DNA of 64,000 nucleotides from a virus (IMGVR_UViG_3300010429_001810:1283-65282), one strand, 5' to 3'; counted from the stretch's first letter, positions 16,408-26,583 are shown. Numbers and translations are program-made. The notes: generated by a model not told the origin, from the sequence alone.

Positions 16408-16940
16408 TGAACATTATGAAATCATATAAATTCTGTTACGCACATCGAGTATGGAATCAGTTGTTGAGTACAAATGAATTGTGCAGATGCAGATATTGTC
16501 ATGGACATTCTGGTAAAATAGATCTTGTATTAACAGGAAATCTTGTTAACGGAATGATCATTGATTTCAACGAGTTACGATTCATTAAACAATTTATTGA
16601 TTCCGTTGTAGATCACCACTTCATTTGTGATATTTACGATCCATTAGTCAGTTCATATTTCAAGTTATTGAAAAGTAACGTGATATGTTGTGAGGATCAA
16701 GGACTTTATCGGGTGGTGAATCAAGAATTTTTACGTGATTTGGAAATTGAATTACAAGAGTTTGGTCAATCTTTCGTATTTATCAATGGAGTACCGACTG
16801 CCGAAAATTTGGCAGTATGGATTAGTAATGTCATACAAGATTTAATGTTGAAAAATAAAGTATGTCAAGAACGAAACGTTCGTTTAGTGTCATTGAAGTG
16901 GTGGGAATCGGAGTCTAGTTACGCAGAGTGGACTTCATAA
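16407..16940 (+). CDS. queD: 6-carboxy-5,6,7,8-tetrahydropterin synthase
   Basis: F.YAHR..C..CHGHS, IIDF, DHHF, PTAENLA, WES..SYA motifs. Confidence 0.9.
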   Translation: MNIMKSYKFCYAHRVWNQLLSTNELCRCRYCHGHSGKIDLVLTGNLVNGMIIDFNELRFIKQFIDSVVDHHFICDIYDPLVSSYFKLLKSNVICCEDQGLYRVVNQEFLRDLEIELQEFGQSFVFINGVPTAENLAVWISNVIQDLMLKNKVCQERNVRLVSLKWWESESSYAEWTS

Positions 16941-16941
16941 T

Positions 16942-17640
16942 ATGAACACACAGAAACCAACTCCGGTGAATTACTCCAATACACACTGTGAAGTAGAAGA
17001 AATATTTTATACTTTACAAGGGGAAGGACCTTTTACTGGACATCCTGCGGTGTTTATTCGCTTATCGGGTTGTCCACTTTTTTGTTCGCTCTGCGATACA
17101 GAATATAGTTCATTTCATTTAATGTCAGTGGATGAAGTGGTGGATGAAGCCGTGGCACAGCGTCAAACGGCTCAATTAGCCGTTTTAACGGGCGGTGAGC
17201 CGTTCCGGCAGTACCCACTGGCTTCATTGATTGACGCGCTATTACAGCATTTTTCGACGGTACAAATCGAAACTTCCGGGTCGTGTTATCAACCGACATT
17301 CACGGCATTGAAAAAAGCATATCCTCAACACATTCAAGTCGTGTGCAGTCCCAAAACGCCCCGATTACACCCGTTGATCTTGGAACATATTGATGCTTAT
17401 AAGTATGTCATTCGGTTTGGTCATATCGATGATGACGGATTACCCAATGAAGAACCACAAAAGTTTAAATCGATTCCCGTGGCTAAACCCCATGATCCAA
17501 AGATTCCCGTGTACATTTCACCATGGGATGAAAAAGATTTAGAACTGAATATTCTAAATACCCAACAAGCGGTAGATTCGTGTTTACAACACGGTTATTT
17601 TTTATCATTGCAAATTCATAAGATCGTGAACTTGCCTTAA
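16942..17640 (+). CDS. queE: 7-carboxy-7-deazaguanine synthase (radical SAM)
   Basis: EIFYTLQGEG, FIRLSGCPLFCSLCDT (CxxxCxxC), LTGGEP, IETSG, VCSPK, SLQIHK. Confidence 0.92.
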   Translation: MNTQKPTPVNYSNTHCEVEEIFYTLQGEGPFTGHPAVFIRLSGCPLFCSLCDTEYSSFHLMSVDEVVDEAVAQRQTAQLAVLTGGEPFRQYPLASLIDALLQHFSTVQIETSGSCYQPTFTALKKAYPQHIQVVCSPKTPRLHPLILEHIDAYKYVIRFGHIDDDGLPNEEPQKFKSIPVAKPHDPKIPVYISPWDEKDLELNILNTQQAVDSCLQHGYFLSLQIHKIVNLP

Positions 17641-17660
17641 CTTTAAGAGCGTAAATTTTT

Positions 17661-18149
17661 ATGGAACGTAGAAATATTGAACTTAGACCCCGCCATGCCG
17701 TGACTCGCAGCATAAATGCCATTCCGCCCAGTCAACGGAACCTGAACAAACCTTCGGATGATCCTCATATTGTAGAATTGATGGAAAAGAAACCCGAAAA
17801 CCATTTTGGGACTTTAGCCCATCATACTAAAACTCTGGATATGAATTTATTAACCAAACGGATTTTACGGAAAGGATCAAAAGAGTTTGAACCGCCGGTT
17901 AAAGAATTGATTGGTGAGGTTCCACCGGGACATGAAAATGGGATACTATTAACTCACAGTCAAGTCTGCCGAATGTTTGATGTGACAGGTATGACTGTGT
18001 ATGACTGGCGGAAGCGTTTAAATCTTCCTGTCATTGTATTATCGGGCGGCAAACGACCTCCCGTTCGCTATGATGAAGGGGTGGTATTGGCATGGGCGGA
18101 ATTGCACAATCGTAAGGTGGAAAAAAACGATTATCGAGAGTGGATGTAA
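17661..18149 (+). CDS. HTH DNA-binding protein (excisionase/MerR-like C-terminal domain)
   Basis: LLTHSQVCRMFDVTGMTVYDWRKR...RYDEGVVLAW. Confidence 0.7.
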   Translation: MERRNIELRPRHAVTRSINAIPPSQRNLNKPSDDPHIVELMEKKPENHFGTLAHHTKTLDMNLLTKRILRKGSKEFEPPVKELIGEVPPGHENGILLTHSQVCRMFDVTGMTVYDWRKRLNLPVIVLSGGKRPPVRYDEGVVLAWAELHNRKVEKNDYREWM

Positions 18150-18158
18150 AATGGAGAA

Positions 18159-18650
18159 TTGAGTATGAGTGAAGAATCTTTAAAACAAATCCGACAGCAT
18201 CTTCCTTCGTTAACGGACAGTGAACTGCAACAAGTCATTTTGATTGCAACGCAATTACGCAGTCGAGAGAGTAAAGAATCCAGTGTCAATGCATGGTATG
18301 TTGCATTGAGTACAGCACTCATTTCTCGAATCGATTGGCGGACTCCACCGATGAAAGCTTTGCCCGATCATACCAAAACCCAAATTCAGAAAACCGGGGA
18401 TGGGTTATTGGCATGGTTGAATGAAGTGTTTATTCCGCCATTGACCAAAATCGAACAACAATGGGCATTGAATTGGTGTGCTCAGTTGTTGGCGGATTCG
18501 CTCATGGATCGAGAGCGTCCTTTGTGTTTGAATGGATTATTGAATGCCGCTCCAGAAATTCCTTGGGTGATCAATCAAGCATTTCCAGGTTATATTAAAA
18601 ACGGAGCGTTGCGTTGGGTCATTAAGAATTCGATTAACGGTCATGTTTGA
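18159..18650 (+). CDS. Hypothetical protein (163 aa)
   Basis: GGAGA RBS; overlaps the primase start. Confidence 0.75.
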   Translation: MSMSEESLKQIRQHLPSLTDSELQQVILIATQLRSRESKESSVNAWYVALSTALISRIDWRTPPMKALPDHTKTQIQKTGDGLLAWLNEVFIPPLTKIEQQWALNWCAQLLADSLMDRERPLCLNGLLNAAPEIPWVINQAFPGYIKNGALRWVIKNSINGHV

Positions 18651-19665
18651 CTTTGTGCAGTTTTGCGAAGAGCATCGTATTCCGTACATCGTTCGTGGGG
18701 TGAATAAGAAAGTTTCAGATGACTGTAATATTAGTTGTCCATTTTGTAATGCCGGGGCTGATCCCGATCCTTCCATGCATCTGGGGATTGATTCGCAAAA
18801 AGGAGTATATTCATGTTGGCGGAATCCACGCCAACATCGAGGACGTACTCTTCATAAATTGATCATGAAGTTGATTCGTTGCTCATACTATGAAGCGTGT
18901 GAGTTGTTGGGTCAGCAGTCGATATGGTTGAAGGAAGGCTCTTTTGAATTGTTGGCCGATGATCCCCATAATTTTTTTAAAGAATCAAACATCGAAAAAC
19001 AAGAATTGATGTTACTAGAAGAATTTAGAGATTTTGGTACATCGCTTCAAGCGGAACAACGGTTTATCGCGTATTTGCAGCAACGGGGTTTTTCCGTAAA
19101 ACAAATCACCGCTTTGGTTCAAATATTTCATTTAAAATGGGCGATTGCGGGCCGATACAAGCAACGAATTATCATTCCATTGCACTTTCAACAGCGATTT
19201 GTGGGATGGACTTCACGCAGTATTCATAGTAAAGAATCCATTCGGTATTTAACACTATCGGATGCGGAAGGCGCTTTGGTTAATATTAAGAAAATGATCT
19301 TTAATTGGGATCAACTCATCGAACAACCTACAGACATTGTCGTGGTGTGTGAAGGTCCATTCGATGCGATGACTTTAGATTTGCATGGACGACGATACGG
19401 TATTCGGGCCACCTGTTTATTTAATCAAATGGCAACAATGGAACAGGTGGCATATATTGCGGCATTGACTGATCTGTATCAATATGTATTGATACTGTTG
19501 GATGACACAGCTACTGTGTATGCGGAATCGATTAAAGATCAATTACCCGGTTATCCTTTGGAAGTGATACAACTCCCGGATGGTATTCACGATCCGGGTG
19601 AATTAACAATGGCACAGGTATGGACATTGAGCAAACAGTGGTTTAAACAGTTGGAGATTAAGTAA
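18643..19665 (+). CDS. DNA primase (Zn finger plus TOPRIM)
   Basis: SCPFC..H..YSCW; RIIIP..GWTSR; VVCEGPFD, LLDD, DPGE. Confidence 0.85.
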   Translation: MFDFVQFCEEHRIPYIVRGVNKKVSDDCNISCPFCNAGADPDPSMHLGIDSQKGVYSCWRNPRQHRGRTLHKLIMKLIRCSYYEACELLGQQSIWLKEGSFELLADDPHNFFKESNIEKQELMLLEEFRDFGTSLQAEQRFIAYLQQRGFSVKQITALVQIFHLKWAIAGRYKQRIIIPLHFQQRFVGWTSRSIHSKESIRYLTLSDAEGALVNIKKMIFNWDQLIEQPTDIVVVCEGPFDAMTLDLHGRRYGIRATCLFNQMATMEQVAYIAALTDLYQYVLILLDDTATVYAESIKDQLPGYPLEVIQLPDGIHDPGELTMAQVWTLSKQWFKQLEIK

Positions 19666-20183
19666 TGGCATATATTATGGTAGATGTGGAAGCCGATGGC
19701 CCTTGTCCCGGTTTGTACAGTATGATCAGTTTGGGGGCTATTGTTGTGGAACCTTTGCTCAATCGAACGTTTTATGCCGATTTTAAGCCCATTTCCGATC
19801 AATGGATTCCTCAAGCACTCGCAGTTTCTAAACTATCCCGTGAACAATCGTTACAATTAACTGATCCATACACCAGTATGGTTAATTTTGACCAGTGGTT
19901 AAATTCTTTAAATTCAAAACCTTATTTTATCAGTGACAATAATGGCTTTGATTGGCAATTTGTGAATTATTATTTTTGGAAGTTCTTAAATAAAAATCCA
20001 TTTGGATACAGTTCCACCAATTTAGGTTCTTTATACAAAGGCTTGGAACGAGATATGTTTAAAAACTTTAAGCATCTTCGTAAAACGAAGCATACACATC
20101 ATCCTGTAGATGATGCCAAAGGAAATGCGGAAGCTTTATTGACAGTGTGTGAAAAATATCAACTCAAATTAACGAAGAAATAA
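19665..20183 (+). CDS. DEDDh 3'-5' exonuclease
   Basis: VDVEADG, NGFDW, HHPVDDA. Confidence 0.85.
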   Translation: MAYIMVDVEADGPCPGLYSMISLGAIVVEPLLNRTFYADFKPISDQWIPQALAVSKLSREQSLQLTDPYTSMVNFDQWLNSLNSKPYFISDNNGFDWQFVNYYFWKFLNKNPFGYSSTNLGSLYKGLERDMFKNFKHLRKTKHTHHPVDDAKGNAEALLTVCEKYQLKLTKK

Positions 20184-20185
20184 AA

Positions 20186-22048
20186 ATGACACCAAAAGCG
20201 ATCACACTAAGATCATTTAAATGTTTTTCTGGTGAAACAAAGTTTATATTTCCCACGGAACCTGGTTTGTATTTAGTACAAGGTCGAAATAATGTACAAC
20301 CTTCGTTGGAAGGTAACGGTTGTGGTAAGAGTACGTTATTTGGTGATGCATTAACGTGGTGTTTGTTTGGGAAAACGCCCCGCTTGTTGAAAGCTTCAGA
20401 TATATTAAATTGGGAAGCGGGGTCTGCTGGATCAGTTTATTTTGAGTTTACCATGGAAGGCAAAGAATATGGATTATTACGAACTCAAACGCCGAATTCA
20501 TTATGTTTAGATGTTGATGGACTTCGTAAAACGGCAACTCAAGAGCAAGTGAATGAGTTGTTGGGATTGGACTTTGATCAATTTGTTGCCAGTATTGTCT
20601 TTGCACAATTTGGTACGATGTTTTTTGATTTATCCGCAGCCGATAAATCTACGCTATTATCTGCTATTTTAGATTTAGATGTATGGGATACAGCCACCGA
20701 TACCGCTAAAAAATCTTCCAATCAATTAGAATCTTCAATCACTACGGTAAAAATGGAGTCAGCCAGTGTTGAAGGTCGTATTGAAGGTTTGCAATCACAA
20801 GATTTTGATGAAAAGATTAAGCAATGGGAACAAGATTGTGAAAATCAACATCAAGATTTAATGGAACAACAAGATTTATTTCAACAAAAATTGGAAAAAT
20901 TGATCAAACAAGGATCTAAGATTGAAGATCAGTTAAAAATTCATCAAGAACAGTTGGATGAACTTAGTGAAATTGAACAAGAAGTGCTTTTAGATGGCCG
21001 TAAGTTAGAAAAACAACGAAGTTCTTTACAAGAAAAACGGAATGAACAAGAATTTTTACTAAAAAATCTTAAAAATGAACTCAAAAAGTTTGAAACCGTG
21101 GATAAAACGTGTCCATATTGCTTGCAAGATGTTCCAAAAGCGCATTTACAGCAAGAAATGGGTAAATTACAAACACAGATTTACAATGCACAGTCTAAAA
21201 GTGCTGATTTTAGAGCGTTAATTGATGAAAAAGATTCTGAATTGAATCAATATCGCATGGATTTATCTCTGATTCAACAAAATAGACAAGAATTTTTAGC
21301 CGAACAACGCGAAACATTGGATAAAAAGTCATATTTGAAAGCAGAGTTAGCTAAAATCAAAGTTCAACAGCAAACAGTGACTCGTGATTTGGAAAAATGG
21401 CGAAATGCAGTCAATCCATACAGTTTGGAACAGCAACAACAGCAGCAACACATCGAAAAATTGCAAGATAAGCTAAAAAGCAATGAAAAACAGCTAAAAG
21501 AGTTGAATAAAGAGCTGTTTGCAACTCAATACTGGGTTAAAGCATTTCGTGAGGTGCGTTTATCACTAATTAGTGAAGTATTGACGCAGTTAGAGTTGGA
21601 AGTGAACAACAAATTGTTTCAATTGGGGCTGGAAAACTGGAAAGTGTTGTTTGCAGTGGAAGGATTGACTAAAGGTGGCAAGGTTAAAAAGGGATTTACG
21701 GTCACAATCATTACTCCGTACAATTTAGAACCCGTTCATTGGAATGCATGGAGTGGTGGCGAGTCACAACGCTTGCGTTTAGCGGGTGCTTTGGGTATGT
21801 CAGACTTAATTACGGCTAAATGTAAGCAACAACCGATGTTTGAGGTACTAGACGAACCCAGTAGCTACCTATCTGAAGCGGGTATCACGTCATTATTATC
21901 CATTCTTAAAGATCGTGCTAGACAATTGAAGAAGCAGATCTTTTTAATTGATCATCGAAAGTTGGATAGTGTTGCTTTTGATGGAACAATATCTGTTATC
22001 AAAAACCATGATGGGATTGATATTGAATCATCATGGTCGGTGTGTTAA
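20186..22048 (+). CDS. sbcC: SbcC/Rad50-like ATPase (recombination nuclease subunit)
   Basis: Walker A NGCGKST, coiled coil, CPYC zinc hook, signature WSGGE, Walker B VLDEP. Confidence 0.9.
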   Translation: MTPKAITLRSFKCFSGETKFIFPTEPGLYLVQGRNNVQPSLEGNGCGKSTLFGDALTWCLFGKTPRLLKASDILNWEAGSAGSVYFEFTMEGKEYGLLRTQTPNSLCLDVDGLRKTATQEQVNELLGLDFDQFVASIVFAQFGTMFFDLSAADKSTLLSAILDLDVWDTATDTAKKSSNQLESSITTVKMESASVEGRIEGLQSQDFDEKIKQWEQDCENQHQDLMEQQDLFQQKLEKLIKQGSKIEDQLKIHQEQLDELSEIEQEVLLDGRKLEKQRSSLQEKRNEQEFLLKNLKNELKKFETVDKTCPYCLQDVPKAHLQQEMGKLQTQIYNAQSKSADFRALIDEKDSELNQYRMDLSLIQQNRQEFLAEQRETLDKKSYLKAELAKIKVQQQTVTRDLEKWRNAVNPYSLEQQQQQQHIEKLQDKLKSNEKQLKELNKELFATQYWVKAFREVRLSLISEVLTQLELEVNNKLFQLGLENWKVLFAVEGLTKGGKVKKGFTVTIITPYNLEPVHWNAWSGGESQRLRLAGALGMSDLITAKCKQQPMFEVLDEPSSYLSEAGITSLLSILKDRARQLKKQIFLIDHRKLDSVAFDGTISVIKNHDGIDIESSWSVC

Positions 22049-22068
22049 AATAACCTTTTGGAGGTGTT

Positions 22069-22524
22069 ATGCGTAGTATTGACGTAAAAATCTTACATCC
22101 CACGTTTTATCAGCAATGGGATTTGCCCCAGTATGCAACACAAGAATCTGCTGGATTAGATCTTCGTGCATGTATTGATGACAATGTTGTTATTTATCCA
22201 AATTTGAAATTTTTATGTCCAACAGGTTTGGCAGTAGATTTAAATGATGCAAATTTAGCAATGTTTTTATTACCCAAGTCGGGATTGGGCCATAAAAAGG
22301 GATTGATCTTATCTAATTCCGTAGGTCTTGTAGATAGTGACTACCACCTTGAAGTGTTTGTGAGTTTATGGAACAAAGGTAGTGATTCCATTGAAATAAC
22401 ACCAGGTATGTTTATTGCTCAAGCATACTTTGCTCCAATTGTCCGAGTTCAATTCAATGTAGTGAATGAATTTACTCGTACAGTAGATCGCACTGGTGGT
22501 TTTGGCTCCACAGGAACGCATTAA
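22069..22524 (+). CDS. dut: Trimeric dUTPase
   Basis: AGLDLRA, PKSG, GLVDSDY, IAQ, RTGGFGSTG. Confidence 0.9.
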   Translation: MRSIDVKILHPTFYQQWDLPQYATQESAGLDLRACIDDNVVIYPNLKFLCPTGLAVDLNDANLAMFLLPKSGLGHKKGLILSNSVGLVDSDYHLEVFVSLWNKGSDSIEITPGMFIAQAYFAPIVRVQFNVVNEFTRTVDRTGGFGSTGTH

Positions 22525-22838
22525 TGTCTGAACAACACGCTGTGGGTTATAAAGCAGATGTTGGTAAGAATCGACTCACTTTAATCATGCACGGTTTTGC
22601 GAATGCATTACTGGAAGTGGGTAGAGTAGGAACCTTCGGTGCACAAAAATACACGGATGATGGTTGGTGTGAAGTGGTGAATGGTGAGCAACGTTACACC
22701 GACGCTTTATACAGACATCTGTTAGCGGAAGCTACGGGTGAATTGAAAGATCAAGAATCTGAATTGTTGCATTCTGCTCATACGGCATGGAATGCACTCG
22801 CCAGACTTGAATTACAGCTTCGTAATTCAAAACAATAA
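22524..22838 (+). CDS. dATP/dGTP diphosphohydrolase-like protein (DUF5664 type)
   Basis: G.KAD.GK.R..L; GAQKY...W; ALYRHL; D.ES.L.H.AH.AWN. Confidence 0.8.
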   Translation: MSEQHAVGYKADVGKNRLTLIMHGFANALLEVGRVGTFGAQKYTDDGWCEVVNGEQRYTDALYRHLLAEATGELKDQESELLHSAHTAWNALARLELQLRNSKQ

Positions 22839-22892
22839 CAGTCCATGCGCGATCTTTACATCGCGCATTTTTATTGCTATGAGGTTTTAAAC

Positions 22893-25800
22893 ATGTCCTT
22901 TCAGCCGCTTTCAGATTCCGTGTATGCCAGTAAATATCAATTGTTCGATAAACACGGAAATGCTGTCGATAAAAACCGTGGAGATAGTTTTTTACGAATT
23001 GCTAAAGCACTGGCTAAAAATGAAAAAGATTCCCAGTACTGGACGGAACAGTTTTTTATAGCCATGCAAAATGGCGCTGTACCGGCTGGACGCATCTTTG
23101 GTAATGCTGGTGCGGAAGAACACAAACCGAATACATCACTGATTAATTGTTTAGCAGGTGAAACACCTGTTTTAACAAAACAAGGAATTAAAACAATACG
23201 AGAGTTAGCTGAAGGATCTTCTGTTGAAATTCTTAATGGTAATGGTGTTTGGTCTACTGTTGTTTTTAATAGTTATGGTGTACAACCTGTACACACAATT
23301 CAATTTCGATTTGCAGATTCTAAAGAGATAAAGATCGTTAGAGCTACAAAACAACATCGTTGGATTGTTCCCACTGATAGAGTTATTACTACTGAATTTT
23401 GGCTAAGTGGAGATCGTGCAAAAGGTTATTGTAATGTGCCTAATATTTTTATTCCTAAATTTGAAGTTGATTTTGAAGAATACAATCAAGGTTTACTTCA
23501 TGGGTTAGTTTATGGTGACGGTAATTACAACAATTATACGAAAGATAATTTTGATCTAACTCTTTGTTCACATAAAATGGAATTGTCTCAAAAAGTATCT
23601 GAAATTTTGGGACAAAATCCAAAAGGACCTTATGTTCTTAACAATACTTATGGAACAGAAGGTTTGAGATTTTCTAATTTTTCATCAGAAGTTGATCTTA
23701 AACAAATTCCTTCAGAACAGCATACTCAAAGTTATGTTAAAGGCTTTTTTGCTGGACTTCTTGCAACAGATGGCAACCTTTATTCAACGGCTGAAAGATC
23801 CATGTCTATTTGTTTATATGGACAATTAGATTTAATGCAGTATTTGGATAAAATGTTGCCTACTATTGGTATCTTACCAAGCGCTGCTATTAAGAAATTA
23901 GCAAAAAAGGGTGAAAAAACAAATTTCGGAATTCGTAATAAGAGTATTTATACTTTTCATGTACATCCGGCAACAATCGATACTAATGATATATTGTTGA
24001 TGAAACATAGAGAAGTTTTTAAAGTTTCGCACAATGGTTTGGTTCAAAGCCGTCTTTGGCACATGGTAAATGTGTCAGATTCTTATGAATTAGCCGAAGT
24101 TTTTTGTTGTCAAGAACCTGAAACTGGATCTTTCTGTCTTATGCATGGGATGTTAACAGGTAATTGCGTAGTATCAGATATAATATATGATAATATTGAA
24201 GGCATTGGACAGTCAGTTAAAGAATCATTAGTTACATTATCCGGTGGTAGCGGAATTGGATACGACTTCAGTTCTTTACGTCCAAAAGGATCTTATGTTA
24301 ATGGAGTAAAAGCGCAGACTTCAGGTCCCTTACCTTTTGCAGATATTTTTGATAAAGGCTGTTTTACTATCGCATCTGCAGGTGGAAGACGTGGTGCGCA
24401 GATGGCAACATTTGATTTACGTCATCCAGATGTTTTAGATTTTATTAAAGTAAAACGTGAAAATGGAAGATTTAGACAATTTAATATTAGTGTATTGGTT
24501 CCATATTCATTTTTTAATGATGAAAAAGATTGGGTATTTCGTTTTCCCATTCGTAATTCTGACCCAGCATTAAGTACTGCAAAAACAATGTGGGATACGT
24601 GGCATGTTAAAGATTTTGCATATATAACAAATGAGCATGGACAAACTTTATTTAAAATTTATGGTAAGATGCCAAAAGTTGAATTATGGGATTTAATACT
24701 TCAATCTAATTATGAGTATGCCGAACCCGGTGTTATTTTTATAGATCGTGTAAATGAAGAAAATAATTTATGGTTTTGTGAAGAGATTCGTGCCTCAAAT
24801 CCTTGCGGCGAACAGATGCTCCCACCAAATAATTCATGTCTTTTAGGTTCTATCGATCTAACTCAATTTATTGATCAATCTTTTACTGATAATGCATCTT
24901 TTAATTTTACTGAATTTTCCATTACTGTTAACACTTTTACTCGAATGTTGGATAATGTAGTAGAGTTTAATAATTTACCACTACAAGCTCAACGAGATGA
25001 GATTGTACGGAAACGTCGGCATGGGATGGGATTTTTTGGATTGGGATCTGCATTAGTGATGTTGGGTATTCGTTATGATTCACCTCAAGCATTGGAGTTT
25101 GCAGAAAAGGTTACGAAGTTGATGGCTGTTCGTGGTTATGTAACAGGTTGTGAATTGGCTAAAGAAAAAGGCAGCGCCCCAGTATTGGATGAATATTTTG
25201 AAATTACACCGGAAATTGTTAGAAAGAATGAATTATTTAAAGATCGGTTAGGACAAAAAGTTAAAGGTATTGAGTTATTTTTGGCAAGTCCATACATGCA
25301 GCGTTTATTAGCGGATGAACCCATATTAAAAGATCAATTATTACAACACGGATGTCGTTTTAGTCATCACACCTCCATTGCACCTACGGGTACAATATCT
25401 TTAGCTTTTGGAAATAATGCGAGCGGAGGTATAGAGCCGAGTTTTTCTCATCAATATTTTCGTAATTTAACCGTGGAAGGTAAGAAAACACGACAACAGG
25501 AAGCGGTGTATAGTAAAGAGTTTTTGCTGTACAAAGAATTATATGGTCAAGGTAAAACTGATGAAGAGTTATTAAAGCAGTTACCAAATTATTTTATTAC
25601 AGCAGATACTATTTCATGGAAAGCCCATGTAGATATGGTAGCAGTCGTACAAAAGTGGGTGGACTCATCAATTAGTAAAACTTGTAATGTACCCACTGAA
25701 ATTACTTTAGAAGAGTTTAAAGGTATTTATGATTATGCATACCAAATGGGATGTAAAGCCGTTTCTACATTTCGTTATAATCCTGAAACTTTGGGTTCCA

Positions 25801-25967
25801 TCTTGAGTCGAAGTGAAGACTTGGCAAATAGCAGGTATGAGTTTAAATTAGCCGATGGTACGGTCATCCAATGTGCAGGTGGAGATCGTGTTGAGTATGA
25901 TGGTGAAGTGACTACGGCTGAAAATTTGTTTTCCGCTTTGAAAGAGAATACTTATGGAAAATTCTAA
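22893..25967 (+). CDS. nrdJ: Class II (B12-dependent) ribonucleotide reductase, large part, with intein
   Basis: PAGRI, GGSGIG, RRGAQM, EPG.IF.D, NPCGEQ, CLLGS, SIAPTGT; start refined to MSFQP (GAGGT RBS). Confidence 0.93.
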   Translation: MSFQPLSDSVYASKYQLFDKHGNAVDKNRGDSFLRIAKALAKNEKDSQYWTEQFFIAMQNGAVPAGRIFGNAGAEEHKPNTSLINCLAGETPVLTKQGIKTIRELAEGSSVEILNGNGVWSTVVFNSYGVQPVHTIQFRFADSKEIKIVRATKQHRWIVPTDRVITTEFWLSGDRAKGYCNVPNIFIPKFEVDFEEYNQGLLHGLVYGDGNYNNYTKDNFDLTLCSHKMELSQKVSEILGQNPKGPYVLNNTYGTEGLRFSNFSSEVDLKQIPSEQHTQSYVKGFFAGLLATDGNLYSTAERSMSICLYGQLDLMQYLDKMLPTIGILPSAAIKKLAKKGEKTNFGIRNKSIYTFHVHPATIDTNDILLMKHREVFKVSHNGLVQSRLWHMVNVSDSYELAEVFCCQEPETGSFCLMHGMLTGNCVVSDIIYDNIEGIGQSVKESLVTLSGGSGIGYDFSSLRPKGSYVNGVKAQTSGPLPFADIFDKGCFTIASAGGRRGAQMATFDLRHPDVLDFIKVKRENGRFRQFNISVLVPYSFFNDEKDWVFRFPIRNSDPALSTAKTMWDTWHVKDFAYITNEHGQTLFKIYGKMPKVELWDLILQSNYEYAEPGVIFIDRVNEENNLWFCEEIRASNPCGEQMLPPNNSCLLGSIDLTQFIDQSFTDNASFNFTEFSITVNTFTRMLDNVVEFNNLPLQAQRDEIVRKRRHGMGFFGLGSALVMLGIRYDSPQALEFAEKVTKLMAVRGYVTGCELAKEKGSAPVLDEYFEITPEIVRKNELFKDRLGQKVKGIELFLASPYMQRLLADEPILKDQLLQHGCRFSHHTSIAPTGTISLAFGNNASGGIEPSFSHQYFRNLTVEGKKTRQQEAVYSKEFLLYKELYGQGKTDEELLKQLPNYFITADTISWKAHVDMVAVVQKWVDSSISKTCNVPTEITLEEFKGIYDYAYQMGCKAVSTFRYNPETLGSILSRSEDLANSRYEFKLADGTVIQCAGGDRVEYDGEVTTAENLFSALKENTYGKF
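23148..24164 (+). mobile_element. Intein in RNR (339 aa) with LAGLIDADG endonuclease
   Basis: N|CLAGET...MLTGN|C; GLVYGDG and GLLATDG motifs. Confidence 0.9.
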
Positions 25968-26583
25968 AATTGTACAAATTAAAAGTCCCATTGTTGATTT
26001 CAAATATCTGGGAGATTCTAATGAGAGTTCAATTTCTAAAGAATTGTCAATGGAAAAGCTATGCGAGACAACGGAACGTCCAGCGATTCTCGAGGGAAGA
26101 ACCTATAAATTACGAACTCCCGTGTACGATGCCGCCTTGTACATTACCATTAACGACATTATCCTTAATCACGGTACTGAACATGAGCAAAAACGACCGT
26201 TTGAAATTTTCATTAATTCAAAAGCCATGGAAAGTTTTCAGTGGATCGTTGCTCTCACACGAATGATCAGTGGAGTGTTTCGTAAAGGTGGAGATGTTAC
26301 GTTTATTGTAGAAGAATTAAAAGCGGTGAATGATCCCAAGGGCGGTTATTGGAAAAAAGGACAGTACATTCCCAGTATTGTCGCTGAAATTGCGCAAGTC
26401 ATTGAAGAGCACTTCATTCAATTAGGATTGATCGCAGCCATTGAAAAACCACAAAAAGTAAAAGAACTTAATGTACAAGAGCTACCTGCAATGCGAATTT
26501 GTCCTAAATGTAATATGCCTACATTGACACGGGAAGCGGGATGTGATAAATGTTTATCATGTTCTTGGTCAAGGTGTGGATAA
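25954..26583 (+). CDS. nrdJb: NrdJb-type separate C-terminal RNR subunit (TSCPD plus Zn ribbon)
   Basis: ERP..L.G.TYK, YITIND, PFEIFINSK, CPKC...GCDKCLSCSWSRCG. Confidence 0.85.
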   Translation: MENSKIVQIKSPIVDFKYLGDSNESSISKELSMEKLCETTERPAILEGRTYKLRTPVYDAALYITINDIILNHGTEHEQKRPFEIFINSKAMESFQWIVALTRMISGVFRKGGDVTFIVEELKAVNDPKGGYWKKGQYIPSIVAEIAQVIEEHFIQLGLIAAIEKPQKVKELNVQELPAMRICPKCNMPTLTREAGCDKCLSCSWSRCG

